64,000 bases of DNA from Chrysomallon squamiferum. Its lineage: Eukaryota; Animalia; Mollusca. The notes beneath the pieces are model-generated. The model was given only the letters and a program-made list of their open reading frames with translations. It searched no databases and was not told the DNA's origin. This document shows positions 15,140 through 28,789 of this stretch, piece after piece. Position 1 is the stretch's first letter; each line of letters begins with the position of its first letter. Location of the stretch: assembly GCA_012295275.1 (NCBI GenBank), contig CM022679.1, positions 30,566,001 to 30,630,000 of the forward strand, read 5' to 3'. Position numbers and translations under genes: made by a program.

Positions 15140-16705
15140 CATTATTACTATTATTATTATTATTACTATTATTATTATTAGTAGTAGTATTGTTATTATT
15201 ATTATTATTATTATTACTGTTATTATTTATTATTGTTATTATCATTATTACTATTATTATTAGTATTGTTATTACTATTACTGTTATTGTCATTGTTATT
15301 ATTATTATTATTATTACTATTACTATCATTATTATTACTATTATTATCATTACTATTGTTATTACTATTATTATTATTATTATTACTATTGTTATTACTA
15401 TTATTATTATTATTAGTAGTAGTAGTATTGTTATTACTATTACTTTTATTGTCATTGTTATTATTATTATTATTACTATTACTATTATTATCATTATTAT
15501 TACTATTATTATCATTACTATTATTATTACTATTATTACTATTATTATTACTTTTGTTATGACTATTACTATTATTATTACTATTATTACTATTATTATT
15601 ACTATTATTACTATTATTATTATTATTATTATTACTATTGTTATTACTATTATTACTATTATTATTACTATTGTTATGACTATTATTATTACTATTATTA
15701 TTATTACTATTATGACTATTACTATTCAGTGGATCAGCTCGTACTGCTGGGTCTGACTGGACTCTCTACTCTGTGTTATCTTGTCGCTGTGGTTCTGGGT
15801 TCGGCTCTAATGTGCTGCTGTCGATCTCCGACTACGACGTCGAGGTGGACTGTGGTGTCTGCGTTTGCAGCTCTTGCTGGTAAGTAGTGATTAACGAACG
15901 TTTTGATTTTCTTCGCTTTTATCGTATTTTAATTTCATTTTGTCATTTATTATCACATTTCATTTTATTATTACGTTTAGATTAATTTCGTTTCGTTCTT
16001 TGATTTATTATTACATTTACATTAATTTCGTTTCATTTTATTACTTATTATTACATTTAGATTAATTTCGTTTCGTTTTATTATTTATTATTATATTTAG
16101 ATTTAATTTAATTACGTTTTATTTCTCTTCGCATTTAATTACTTTTGTCTGTCTGTCTGTCTGTCTATTTATATTGTTGCTACATTTCTTTCTCTTATTT
16201 TGATATATATGTCTGTCTATCTGTCTGTATTTATGTATTTGTTCATGCATGGATGTGTATGTACGTATATGAGTGTTCATATGTGGATGTGTGCGTATCT
16301 GCGTGTATGTGTGTGTGTTTGTGTTTGTGTGATGATTACAGCATTATTATACATTAACATTTTCTAGGTGTGTGTGTGGATTTGTATGTGTGGATATGAG
16401 TGTTTGCGGTGTTTGCATATATGTGTGTGTGAACATTTCCTTTTACTATGTTTTACTCTTTTCCAGATGTCTGTGTTTGTGTCTGCATGTTTGTATGTGT
16501 ATGTACATGCATATGAACATTCTAATATTATTATGCATTTCAGCTTTTTCGATATGTATAGATGTACGTGGATGTGTGTGAGTGTATGTGTGAACATTAT
16601 TATGTTATATTATATTAATGTTTTCTATGTATGTGTGGATGTGACTGTGTGTGTGTGTAAACATTCTGTTGTTTATAATTATTATTGTTATTGTTATTGT
16701 CGATG

Positions 16706-16746
<41 letters not shown>

Positions 16747-16992
16747 TTCATTTCATACCATTTATATATTAAGAATTAATGATGTTGTTGTTGTTGTTGT
16801 TTTCTAGGTATGTGTGGATGTGGTGGGGTCATCAAGTTTGCTATGGCTGACACTCAGCCCACTTATTCCTACATTTTCGGATTCTACTTAACCATCGGCG
16901 GGTCATTCTTGGCAATCTTCAGTTCCTTGCAGCTGTGTCGAAATTCAAGACCTGAATCAAGTTCAAAGATTAGTTCACACTCGTCTTTTTAA
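14348..16992 (+). CDS. Claudin/PMP22-like tetraspan protein C, 3 exons, ~183 aa
   Basis: Exons 14348-14564, 15730-15879 and 16808-16992; 552 nt in frame. Exon 2 (VDQLVLLGLTGLSTLCYLVAVVLGSALMCCCRSPTTTSRWTVVSAFAALAG) is absent from the ORF track and has the same 150-nt length as gene B exon 2. Motifs SPAW..IGPWLYC..PQC and IFGFYLTIGG are paralogous to gene B. Confidence 0.85.
14589..14892. repeat. ~29-bp minisatellite in claudin C intron 1 (~10 copies)
   Basis: Recurrent GTTCAGTAATT(G/T)TATAATGTGTCAAGTGA unit. Confidence 0.85.
15020..15727. repeat. ~700-bp compound (ATT/ACT/GTT)n microsatellite abutting the claudin C exon 2 acceptor
   Basis: Direct reading; runs up to ...actattCAG at 15727-15729. 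Confidence 0.95.
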
Positions 16993-17294
16993 TAAATCAG
17001 GTTCAAAGATTAGTTAATACTCGTCTTTTTAATAAATCAAGTTCAAAAATTAGTTCACACCCGTCTTTTTAATAAATCAAGTTCAAAGATTAATTCACAT
17101 TCGTCTTTTTAATAAATCCGGTTCGAAGATTAGTTCACACTTGTCTTTTTAATATATCAAGTTCAAAGATCAATTCACCTTCGTCTTTTTTAATAAATCA
17201 GGTTCAAATATTAGTTAATATTCGTCTATTTAATAAATCAAGTTCAAAGATTTGTTCACACTCGTCGTTTTAATAAATCAAGTTCCAAAGATTA
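16955..17294. repeat. 40-bp minisatellite (~8.5 copies) overlapping the claudin C stop codon and 3' UTR
   Basis: Unit AATCAAGTTCAAAGATTAGTTCACACTCGTCTTTTTAATA starting at 16955, 16995, 17035 and so on. Confidence 0.92.
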
Positions 17295-17677
17295 TTTGGA
17301 CATCAATAGAAGAACAGTCTGTCTGTTTATCACATCTTTGTAATTAGTTATTTACTTTCCTCTCTGTTTTCATTTTGTCTATATCTATTTATACATTCGT
17401 TTGTTTGTATGTTCATTATTTGTTTGTTTATATGTTTGTTTGTCTGTTTGTTTGTTATTCATTGTAAATATTAATTAATTAATTTACTGGGAGTTATATC
17501 ACTTGATGTATAAGTACATGTTATGCAGTCTCCAGTTGAAATGGAAATATAATAACATTAACCGTTGTTGTCATCTGGCTAATGTTTGTTTTCCTAAGAT
17601 TTCATTTCGGAATATATTTCTAGGATTTGTGTCCAATATATATATATATATATATATTTTTATTATGTCTGTTGTTG

Positions 17678-17709
<32 letters not shown>

Positions 17710-19102
17710 TATACATTTGTGTAAATGGGTATATGTGCGAGTGTATGTGGCATTTTTCTTTGTGTTAAAAACTGATAGTATTATATTAAAATCTGTGGTT
17801 TTTACAACATTCACTTGTCTGTTTTCACTTGTAAAGATATTTAAATGTTAATGTTAATATTTATTTTTGATCATAGAGTTTAACATCTGTGGTAACAATA
17901 GCAGTAGTACATATAGTAATAATTGTGGTAGTAGTAATGGCTGTAGTGCAGTAATTTGTTTTCCTACTAGTAGTATTAATAGCAGTAATCGTAGCAGAAG
18001 TAGTAGTATATATATATATATTTATATTTTTGTTTCTTCATTTATTTATTTTTTAATTTATTTATGTGTTTAAATTCAATCCATTCGTCTATAAATTTAA
18101 ACGACAGGATATATTGTAACACTTCAATGATGTAGATAATGTAGTAATAACGTATAATAATTGTTCAATACCTGTGCAAACACATTCAGTGTGCAACATA
18201 TTCATTGTGCAAACACATTAAAGTGTTGATTAAATTCACTGTAATAAATAGATCACATTCTCTGTTCACGTGGGTAAGAAAGAGAACACGAAGAAGAAAA
18301 AGAAATAGCAAATATCTGCTGGGAAAAAAGTATATATATATAAAAAACGAAACAAAACAAACAATAAACGAAAAAAACAACAACAAACACACACACAAAC
18401 AGAAGAACCCCACCAAAAAAAATAAAAAAATAAAAAAAAGTACAACAACTATAATAGTAGCAGTTGTAATAGCAGCAGCAGCAGTAGTAGTAGTAGTAGT
18501 AGATGAAGTAAATATCAGTAGCCGCTGCAGTAGAAGTTATAGCCGTGGCAGAAGAAGTAAGAGTACTCGTTGTAACAGCACAATTAATAATAGTAGTTGT
18601 AATTGTAGTACATGCAATTATATTTATTTTATTTCATTTATTTAATAATTTAAAATCAAAATATACCTGAATGAAGGACGTATGTTGTAAGACTTAGGGA
18701 TGTTGCTATGCAAATACATTCGCTGTAGCAGCTGGCCATACGATCCAGGAAGTCGTGTCAAACAGCCACTACAGTGAATCAATATTTCTTGGAAAAGGGA
18801 AAGAATACATAGAAGTAACGTTTTACTGAGAAAGTCATTTTCTTTTCTAAGAAGAAGTCTGACATTAACAAAGAGGAGAAAGACGATAAGAACAAGTGAA
18901 ACTAGACGTTTAGGAAATCGCAGGGTTACTAACAAAGATAAAATAAAACGCTTTGTAATACAGAACATATCACTGTAAATGTAAACGACGCCCACGTGTT
19001 GTGAAGTATGTGTGATAAAAATAGAAATGTTGCGTAGTAACTATGTGACATGAGCCACGTAGCCGTGTTAAACAGAACGTGGACGAACATTAATGTTTCT
19101 TA

Positions 19103-19120
19103 GAAAAGGAAAAGCGAAAA
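19103..19120 (+). promoter_or_regulatory. Candidate ISRE/IRF-binding element (also 30065-30082, 43999-44016)
   Basis: GAAAAGGAAAAGCGAAAA contains GAAANNGAAA and AANNGAAA cores, ~0.9-1 kb upstream of each + IFI44-like ATG. Motif match only, in AT-rich DNA. Confidence 0.35.
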
Positions 19121-19569
19121 CACACGTAGTATTTTACTAAGAAATTCGACTGGTGTCTCACATTAATAAAAAGGAGAAAAGACGAAAGGCATTAAGAACA
19201 CGTCAAAGTGGAAGTTACGAAATCGCAGCTTTCGGGTAAGTACTAAGACAGATAAAACAAAATGTGTTTTAACGTGTATCTATGTCTGTATTGAATAATT
19301 AAATGCAGAACATATCAGGCAAAGTGACGCCCATGGTCGTATGCTACTTCCTGCTTCAGATAACCCATTTTCTATCATGAGATAATCTGTTCGCCTATAA
19401 ATGTCCGGAAAATGGTACTTGGCAGGGGAACAAACAGTATTTAGTGAAAAGTCTACATTAATTAAACCAGTGAAATTACCCAGTGGATTAAATCTCAGCT
19501 CCTCCGGCTTTTAGCCGCAAACTTTGACATCATTATACAAGTAACCCAAAACAATATAATATTTTCAAT

Positions 19570-19679
<110 letters not shown>

Positions 19680-20032
19680 GGGGGAGATAAGTGATTTGAC
19701 ACGGAACGACCCATATGTTGTCTATTGACGTAACTCGGCTGTAATCGATGCGCAAAGCAGGTTAAGCGATACATTATGTGTGTATGTTCATATATAGGTA
19801 TGTAACTACTGTATTAACTACTGTATTAACTTAACGTGACTATACATATCTGTTATTTGAATTTTTATTATTAATGTAATGTTGTTAGTTTTGAATACAT
19901 CGTACTACTATGAAGTATTTATAATCAGTTATTGAACAGTGAAATCCTAATACGACACGTACACGTTTTGTATTCTGTAAAAAAAAAAAAAATAATATAA
20001 GAATTAACTGTTTATTTTACAGATTTCAAAAC

Positions 20033-23000
20033 ATGGCTGTATCTTTCAGTAAACAAGATCAGAATCAGATGTCCAAGTGGATAGGTGGGTACAAAAAGTA
20101 CACACTTCTGTTTAAAGCCACAAGAGATGGATGTAGTTCTCAGGTGTTTCACACTAAGTGTGACAATATGGGTCCAACTGTGACAGTATGTTACAACACG
20201 GATCACTGTGTGTTTGGTGGATACAATCCACTCAGCTGGAACTCTTCTGGATTATACACAAATCACAATGATGCTTTTCTCTTCAAACTGAGGTACAAAG
20301 GAAATAAAGCACCAGAGAAATTTCCAGTAAAGGTTGGCAGTGGGAATTCTATGTACAATGACGCAAGTTACGGACCAATGTTTGGAGGTGGATATGATTT
20401 GTATCTGTTTTACGGTACAATTAATAAAAGCGGAAACTATTTTCAAGGAAATGGTTCCACAAGTTTTGGGAATAGCTACAATATGAATAGCAAAACTGCA
20501 AATGACATCACCAACAGCAATCTGAAATTTCTGGATATAGAAGTGTACCAGGTGGAAGGTGGGTAAACATATATTTCAAGACTAGAACTGAAGGAAAATG
20601 AAATGTAGACATTTAGGCTATTTATAAACATTTCTAAAGCAGTAACAATCGTAATAGTAGAAGAAGAGTACTACTATTACTACTAATAATAATGAAACAG
20701 CAAATTCGGCAAAAATTCAGTGATGACAATGAGTGAATGTCTATTTTTGTGCTTTTTCCGATGTAATTTGGTCTGTTTGTTTGTTGGTTTTGGGTTTTTT
20801 TCTCCGAGAAGATTAAATAAATGAAAATAAAGTAAATCAGTTTTAATTTAGTGTTTATTACATGTTGATCCTCTGATATTTTGTGTTGTGGGTTTCCGAA
20901 AACATTAATATAAAGTAATTATAAGAATCTATTTTAACTTACAGATAGAAGAGGAAATCCAGAAGAACCATGGAGGAAAATACCAGACATTTCAGTCAAT
21001 GTAATCTCTCTCCACCCTTAAACATCATAAATAATCTTCATAACAAACAGTATTTCTCTATTTCTGTTATAGAATTAGAGATTAGTCAATGAAATAAATC
21101 TCTGATATACGAGTTTGATATTTTCTGATTACGTTTGTTTATAGAACCTATCTTACGACTTAAAAGAAAAGAAGAAAATAACTTTTCTCTTGTGCTTGAT
21201 ACTAAGAAGGAAGAAGTAAAAATTTAAACTAAAAGATAAATCATTATAACATTTTTAACTGCGCTGTCTTCATACACTAATAAACATATTTATTTTCTGT
21301 ATTTATTTATCTATTTATTTATTTGACAGAAACTTAAAACGGAGCTAGACAAATACACGCCTGTCGAAGGGCTCGAAAAACAGTTCGTAAACATACTGCT
21401 GACAGGACTGGTTGGATCAGGAAAATCCAGTTTCTTTAACACGGTGAACTCTGTGTTCAGAGGTCGAGTTACAAGCAAAGCTAGAAGTGGTGGAGCAGAA
21501 CACAGTTTGACTACAACGGTTTGTTTCTGTCAGATTGTAACTGTAACAGTTTTGAACTCTAAAGTAATCTGGTTTTCTTCTTTTTCTGAAAGTAACTGAA
21601 GACCCATGTGATAAAATCTGTGTAACCCACTGAAATGTAAACCTTCTTATTTATTTCTTAATTCATAATGATCATTATCATGCTCTTCTTCTTCTTCTTC
21701 TTCTTCTTCTTATTATTAATATTAATGGATATTTATTTATTTACTTATTGATTAGTTTCGAATGTACAAGATCAAATCTAAAGGCTCGACATATCCTCTC
21801 AAATTTCGACTGTGTGACACTCGAGGACTTGAAGAAGGTCAAGGACTGGACATTGTGGATCTCGTGTCACTGTTGGATGGTCATATTTCAGACGGATATG
21901 AGGTAAGGACAGACAGAAAACAGACAACTGCCGTTAGAAATACACTGCAACACTTGTATATACATAATTATATACTTTACTACAATATCAGACTCAATAG
22001 CTAAAAATAATACAGGTGTAATCACAATTACTACTACTACTACTACTATTACTACTGCTACTATTAGAACTTTTGCTACTAATAATACAACTACTAATAC
22101 TGCTCCTAATAACACTGTTATTAATACTATTATAAATGTTGTTTCTATTGTTGTGGCTTATGTTCTTATTGACTGTATAACTCGTATTTTTTTCTGGCTG
22201 TTATTGCTGAAGTTGTTATAATTATTATCATTCTTGTTGTGAGAATTACTATTACTATTCTTCTTCTTCTTCTTCTTCTTCTTCTTCTTCTCTTCTTCTT
22301 CTTCTTCTTATTATTATTATTATTATTATTATTATTGTTACTGTTGTTTTTGTTTTTACAGTTCAATCCATCTTTGTCTATAACCCCGGACAGTCACGGT
22401 TACAACAAAAGCCCTACGCTAGGAGATAAAATACACTGCATTGCTTTTGTCATCGACAGCTGCTCTTTGGATGTATTCCCTGACAGTCTGCTCGAAACTA
22501 TAAAACGTTTTCAACAGAAGGCAAACCAAAGAGGTACAGGGAACAATAAACATAAATAAATTAAAAATTAAGTTGAATGAAAGTTGATTTTAGCAAACAT
22601 TTTTTTAAAATTTGGCAACCATGGAATGACTAGTGCAAGACGTAATAACTGTATGGCTAATTTCAATGTTTGCAACATTAATTCGTATAAACGATAATAA
22701 ATTAATACAATTGTAATTAGTTACCTGATTGTGACAAGTACTGAAGACAATAAAATGACTAAATGGTTTCATTGCAATTAGGTAAATCTTAATTGTATTA
22801 ACATGTATACACGATAACAAATCAGTAAATGAATAAATTGTACCACTTTAATTAACTTAATATTATTTATATTTAAAGCTGTACAAGGTAATATCAGAAT
22901 AAATGGATATAAGATATCAATTTAATTACGTACGTGTTAATATTGACAGGTATACCACAGGTGGTTCTTCTCACGAAGGTGGACAAACTTTGCCCTGAAG

Positions 23001-23227
23001 TCAGTGAAGATGCTGGAAATATATTTTTCAGTGATGCTGTCGCTGAAGCTGTCGAAGAAGTGTCCCAGTTGATAGCTCTGCCTCGGAGTCACATTTTCCC
23101 AATCCAGAATTACGAAAGTGAAATTGAGTTGAATGATAAAATCGATCTGCCTTGTCTGATAGCACTGAAACAGATGCTGTGTTTTGCTGATGATTATCTG
23201 GAAGATTATTTGGAAACACACGAGTAA
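20033..23227 (+). CDS. IFI44L: IFI44/IFI44L-like protein (TLDc + P-loop GTPase), soluble type, copy 1, 455 aa
   Basis: Exons 20033-20558, 20945-21000, 21330-21518, 21756-21902, 22362-22533, 22950-23227 (1368 nt, all GT-AG). TLDc motifs LLFKATRDG, FHTKCD..GPT, VFGGY, GPMFGGG, DIEVY. GTPase motifs G1 GLVGSGKSS, G3 DTRG, G4 TKVD, plus IHCIAFVID. The symbol is family-level, not an orthology call. Confidence 0.92.
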
Positions 23228-26200
23228 AAGATGTGTTCCTAATCTTATATTCAGTGCAGTTTTGGACATTTTTAACATTTTATTTTATACGTTAACGCAT
23301 TTGTTACTTTTTCTTTTGTTTGGTGGTGGTGAGGATAAACTGAAGGTGATCGTAAATTGCTTTAAAAAATATAATAAATCGTTTCTGATATTGTCTTGCA
23401 AACATTATAAGAGCAATTAATAGCTGTGAATAGTCAGTCACGAGCGATTTGTAAAGTTAAACCAGGAGGTTATTACTGTCAACGTTTCTGTCTGCTATGT
23501 TTTTCTCCAGTGCCTGCCTGTCTGTTTGAACTAGGAACACTACGTCTTTAGCACCTTTACACATTTGATTTCAATAAATATGATGTCATAAATACGTTTG
23601 ATGACTTACTGATGATTAAAAGACGCTTTACTTTTATGAAAGCGTTTTTATTTGAATGGTCTTGAATTGACATAGAAGTATTTACTGTTTCTGTTATGTG
23701 TTACTAATATATATGAAGTAAAATAGATTTTATAACGTGTAATCTGTATAAGTTCTTTAATCAGTGCTTTTATTTTCATCATCGTCATTAATATTGCTAT
23801 TACTTTTGCCTTACTTAAAGCCTTTGAAGAATAAACGTTTATGACGTAACTACCATTGTTATTTTGTGTACTGTTACTAATGAGTGTGAGTATAATATAT
23901 GTTTGTGTGGGGATATATGTACAGTGTAATTGAAGGAAAAAACCCCTCAATAACCTAAAAATTCAATGTCTTCTTCAACAGAAGTTAGAGACAATTGAAA
24001 TGAAAATGCATAAATAACACAAACGTTTGAAGATAAAAATAATTAACATACAACAGAAAAAAAAGCGTTAAAATCTTTTAACAACGAGAAACACACACAC
24101 ACACACAATCTCACTATCTCTAATTCTCTGTATCTGTCAGATTTTATGAACTTTTCCTCTCTTTTTTTCTCTGTGTGTTTCTCTCGCTGTTCATTGATCA
24201 GTTTAATCCATGTCATTTATAACAAATTATAGTTGATTCTTTAGTGTGGCTAGTACAATGGTTAATAACAATATCCTAACAAAGTAAAAGCTATTGGAAA
24301 ACATAAACGTTACACGACCAATTTCTTTATCACTATTTTCTTGGAGATGTATTTTAACAAAGTCCTACGGTAAGGGATATAATCTTGCCATTTCAAACAT
24401 AAACGAGCAAGAGATTTATGCTGAAGGGGCAAAAATCTTCTTGCCTGATGCCAAAGTCGGCATCTTTCCCCTCTGTAACAACTATACCGTGTCAGTTTCC
24501 TTAACAAAACCAGCGGAGATATTTATCACGTCTGATAATATCAATCAATAAAAACTATGTTCCTTTCACAGAAAAAACACAGACAGATCTATATTTCTTT
24601 CATTTCATCATTTCATAAGTACACATTAATACTGAATAAAACTGAAGTATCGATTTTACTAAAACGACTATGAAAATATATTAAATTCGTCTAAGAAATT
24701 AACGGCTTTGCTTATCAGGTTTTCCTCCGGAAGTTCACAAGCAGAAGGTAATAAAATAACAGGTAACAGGTGACGTCACTCTGATATTTATCCAGTGAAC
24801 GATTTACCTTGACCGGTCCCACCCTACATATTTCCTAACTGCGAGGTTTAATAAAGAGTTTTATTTCTAAACGTATTTATCACGTCACTTGCTACATTAT
24901 AAGGTAACTGCATGGAAGGCTGTATAATTTATTAGTGACATGTAAAAAAATTTTAGAAACAAAATGGAATCAATGAAACATGTTAAATGACATCTGGTAT
25001 ACAGGCTACACAAGTACACGCACCCATACCTGTCATTGGGTGTGGTGACATTTATGGTTTGCAGTCGAAGATCATCCAAAATTAAAAGGTATTTTTTACC
25101 TTTTCAAAAATATTACTGAGGACCTCGTAGTATAAGCATTCCAGTGACTTCTAAACAGATATAATGAATTTAAGAATGAAAAATCAGTTTATGTAATACA
25201 TTTTTCTTTACAAAAATCTTTAAGTAAGCAAACTCTTGGCGTTAGAATACGTTATATATGATATGCATTGTAATATATAATATAACACAGAGTAAATACC
25301 TGTATAGCAGTTCAGAAGAGGACAATACAATGTACATTATAAATTAAAAACTCTTTTACTCCTGAGTATGTGAATATCGAGGTAAATTAGAACACGTGTT
25401 CAGTTCATAATTTACGGAATAAAGCTATATATTTTTTTTAAATATAAAATTAATTATTTCTTGGTAAGATCAATGTTAGAACATGAAAAAAGAAGAAATC
25501 AATTATTTTGCATTTGACAACCTTTATTATAAATGTAATATTTGAACGTTTATTCTGTATTAAAACAAAATACACAAGTCTTATTTACGAGATGTTTATT
25601 GAACTCAGATGTGTAAAGGTGCTAAAGACGAAGTGTTCTTGGTATAAACAGACACTGACAAAAAGCAGAGAAGAAAGAAAAGTTTACAGTAATTAGCGCT
25701 GTTTACATTGTATCAAAATTTAATCTTTCAAATCTGTTTGGGATTACTGAACTCTCTTCATCCATGAAAATAACAGAAAAACTATCTAAAATATTTTGAT
25801 TATACCATTTATGAGTGCCAGTTTCTCTATAAGAAAACAGAAATAAGGATAATAACAACATCTACAACAACAACAATAATGTTTAGAAAGCAACTTATCG
25901 AATGTGTTAATCCATCAAATTGAACTGATAGATGCTAAGCATCAGTGTTATTCATAACAAAACATGATCGTGTATGTTATGTACATCTATATCCGATTAT
26001 TTCTTCGAGCAACCTTCAAAAGTTTTGGGACAACTTAATGGACAGAGACTTAATTTCCCTCACTAATTTATGAAATATATCTGCTTAGTTTCCATATGAA
26101 ATATAAACGAATCATCAGGCTAGATTTGGATATCCTTAATATATTCAAAATTCCGAATTGGTGAACTTATATTCTGTGTTCAGAAAATTAAAAAAAACCC

Positions 26201-26305
26201 ACTGTACATTCATGCATTATGTTCGTCAGAAACTTCTCTCTTTTCGTTATTATGAAATAAATCTGAATTATTAGCAGTATTATAAGATATTAGTGTAAAT
26301 ACGTG

Positions 26306-27370
26306 TTACAACATACTCGAACAGGCTACTAGTTCACTGCAGTTTAGATCAAATTTCCAAGCTAACAGAAGTAAAACAAGGACGATAGCTATACTGCTTA
26401 TAGTAAGAAACCCATAATGATGCACATCTTCTGTTCTTCCATGGAAATTTTCCAGATAGACGTCACTGCCAGAGACATCATCTTTTTCTTTTTCTGTTTC
26501 TTCCAAGTAATCTTCGAGATAATCATCAGCAAAACACAGCATCTGTTTCAGTGCTATCAGACAAGGCAGATCGATTTTATCATTCAACTCAATTTCACTT
26601 TCGTAATTCTGGATTGGGAAAATGTGACTCCGAGGCAGAGCTATCAACTGGGACACTCCTTCGACAGCTTCAGCAACAGCATCACTGAAAAATATATTTC
26701 CAGCATTTTCACTGACTTCGGGGTAAAGTTTGACAACCTTCGTGAGAAGTATACCTGAGTGAGTGCTGCAAAAATTCAAATTATCTACAAAATTATTTTT
26801 CAAATTACGTTCTGATTGACACCAATGCCAGATGTAATAGCAGGACAGCATATTGTTGCCAAATTTTCAAAGATGTTTGAAAAAATCGATTTTGATTTAA
26901 TTTTTGGAAACATTCATATGTATAGATGGCTATATATCTTTGGTGTGCCTTATATTGAATACGTTTTGTAGTTTCGACCAGACTGTCAGGAAATACATCC
27001 AAAGTGCAGTTGTCGATGACAAAAGCAATTCAGTGTATTTTATCTCCTGACGTAGGACTTTTGTTGTAACCCTAACTGTCCGAAGTTTCAGACAAAGGTG
27101 GATGGAACTGTAAAAACGCCAACAACAACAATAATAATAACAACAGCCACTAGTGCAACAGAATTAATGATAATAGTAGCAAAAAAATAACACAAAAACA
27201 ATAATAATCATAACAGCTGGAATTAAATCAGTAATACAGATAACAAGAATAGCAACCACAACAACCACAAGAACAGCAACAACAATAGTGCTTTCAAAGG
27301 ATATCCGGAACCTTATCTTCAACATTCGGAACTAATAAATAAATAAATAAATAAATAAATAAATATGCTT

Positions 27371-27445
<75 letters not shown>

Positions 27446-28260
27446 CACTACTACTAATTATAATAATAATGTGATGAATATGATGGTGATGTTGATGAAG
27501 TAAGAAAAATTAACAAGACAAACAGTCAAGTGGTGACACAGGTTTTATCACATGGTTCTTCATTATTTTCAGAGAAAGAAGAAAGCCAGTTTAGATTAGA
27601 GTTCAAAATTGTTATAGTTACAATCTAACAGAATAAAACCGTTCTAGGATTTCTTTTAACTCGACCTCTGAATACTGAGTTCACCGTGTTAACGAAACTG
27701 GATTTTCCCGATCCAAACAATCAGGTCAGCAGAATATTTAAGAACTGTATTTCGAGACCTTGCACAAGAGTATTTTTTTTCGCTTTGTTTTTAGTTCTGT
27801 TTTAGGTAATTCTTATTGTACACATACCCAAAATCAGTGTAACCGTTTTCTTGAAAATAATATCCTATTTTATTAATTGTACCGCTAAACAGATACAAAT
27901 CATGTCCACCTCCAAATGTTGGTAATTTCGCTGATTGTACATAGAATTCCCATTGCCAGCCTTTAGTGGAAGTTTTTCTGGTGTGTTATTGCCTTTAAAC
28001 CTCAGTTTGAAGAGAAAAGCATCATTGTGATTTGTGTATGATCCAGAAGAGTTCCAGCTGAGTGGATTGTATCCACCAAACACGCAGTGATCTGTGTTGT
28101 AACATACTGTAACAGTTGGACCCTTATTGTCACACTTAGTGTGAAACACCTGACCACTACACCCATCTCTTGTGGCTTTCAACAGAAGTTTGTACTTTTT
28201 ATACCCACCTGTCCACTTAGACATCTGATTCTGATCTTGTTTACTGAAAGATACAGCCAT
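26306..28260 (-). pseudogene. Decayed IFI44-like (TM-tailed type) pseudogene
   Basis: TLDc exon from ATG 28260 has a frameshifting deletion near 27920 and is fused to a remnant of the G1 exon (with in-frame TGA). Exon B is missing and exon D is reduced to ~40 nt (~27295-27333). Exon E has a TGA (CAC-TGA). The last exon lacks its acceptor and 5' end but keeps the TM-tail coding sequence. Confidence 0.88.
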
Positions 28261-28789
28261 GTTTTGAAATCTGTAAAATAAAGTTAATTCTGTAAAATAA
28301 GCAGTTTATTAATATGTTATTCTTCACGTACTGAATACAAATACTGAATATCTCTATCTATAATATCACTATTCAACAACAGAAAATAAGCAATGTGCAT
28401 CTCATATTAGGAGGTCAACAAAATAAAATTAACAGACACATATGTATACACACACGCAAGCACATACAAACACAGTTTTCAAATTTGTTCGATACCTGAG
28501 CTCTGCAAGTTTCCAAAGTAGTTGATGAATTGTCCTTGAGACTCGTAACGATTGTACTTTTACACAGCGGGCTCAATAGTGTGACCTACTTACTGCAGTG
28601 AACGTTTAGATGATTAAGTCTTTATACACAGCGGTGCTGTTATTATTATATTTTTCATACTTCTTTAATTTCTCACCTTTTATTTCTTTCTTCTTCTTCT
28701 TTTAAAGTTTTACTGACAGGGTTGTCGAAGATTAAATCGATATCTAAGTGGATGACGAGATGGACAGAGTCTGCATTCAGTTGTTGAAC

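Noticed and set aside
16955-17294. CRISPR-like appearance of the 40-bp, 29-bp and 38-bp repeats
   Set aside because: Head-to-tail units with no unique spacers, no cas genes, eukaryotic context.
18642-18995. 117-aa minus ORF recurring at 29606 and 43676
   Set aside because: Recurs only because of segmental duplication, is frameshifted in the third copy, has variable start codons and no recognisable domain.
22937-23278. Antisense ORFs over IFI44-like, GPCR and ADPRM exons
   Set aside because: Shadow frames of real coding exons with no independent features.
24294-24551. Spacer ORF MENINVTRP... (also 49287)
   Set aside because: TTG start, different ends in the two copies, disrupted in unit 2.
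24771-24778. Perfect CRE palindrome TGACGTCA in the spacer (also 49759)
   Set aside because: A single 8-mer between two gene 3' ends, mutated in unit 2; insufficient evidence.
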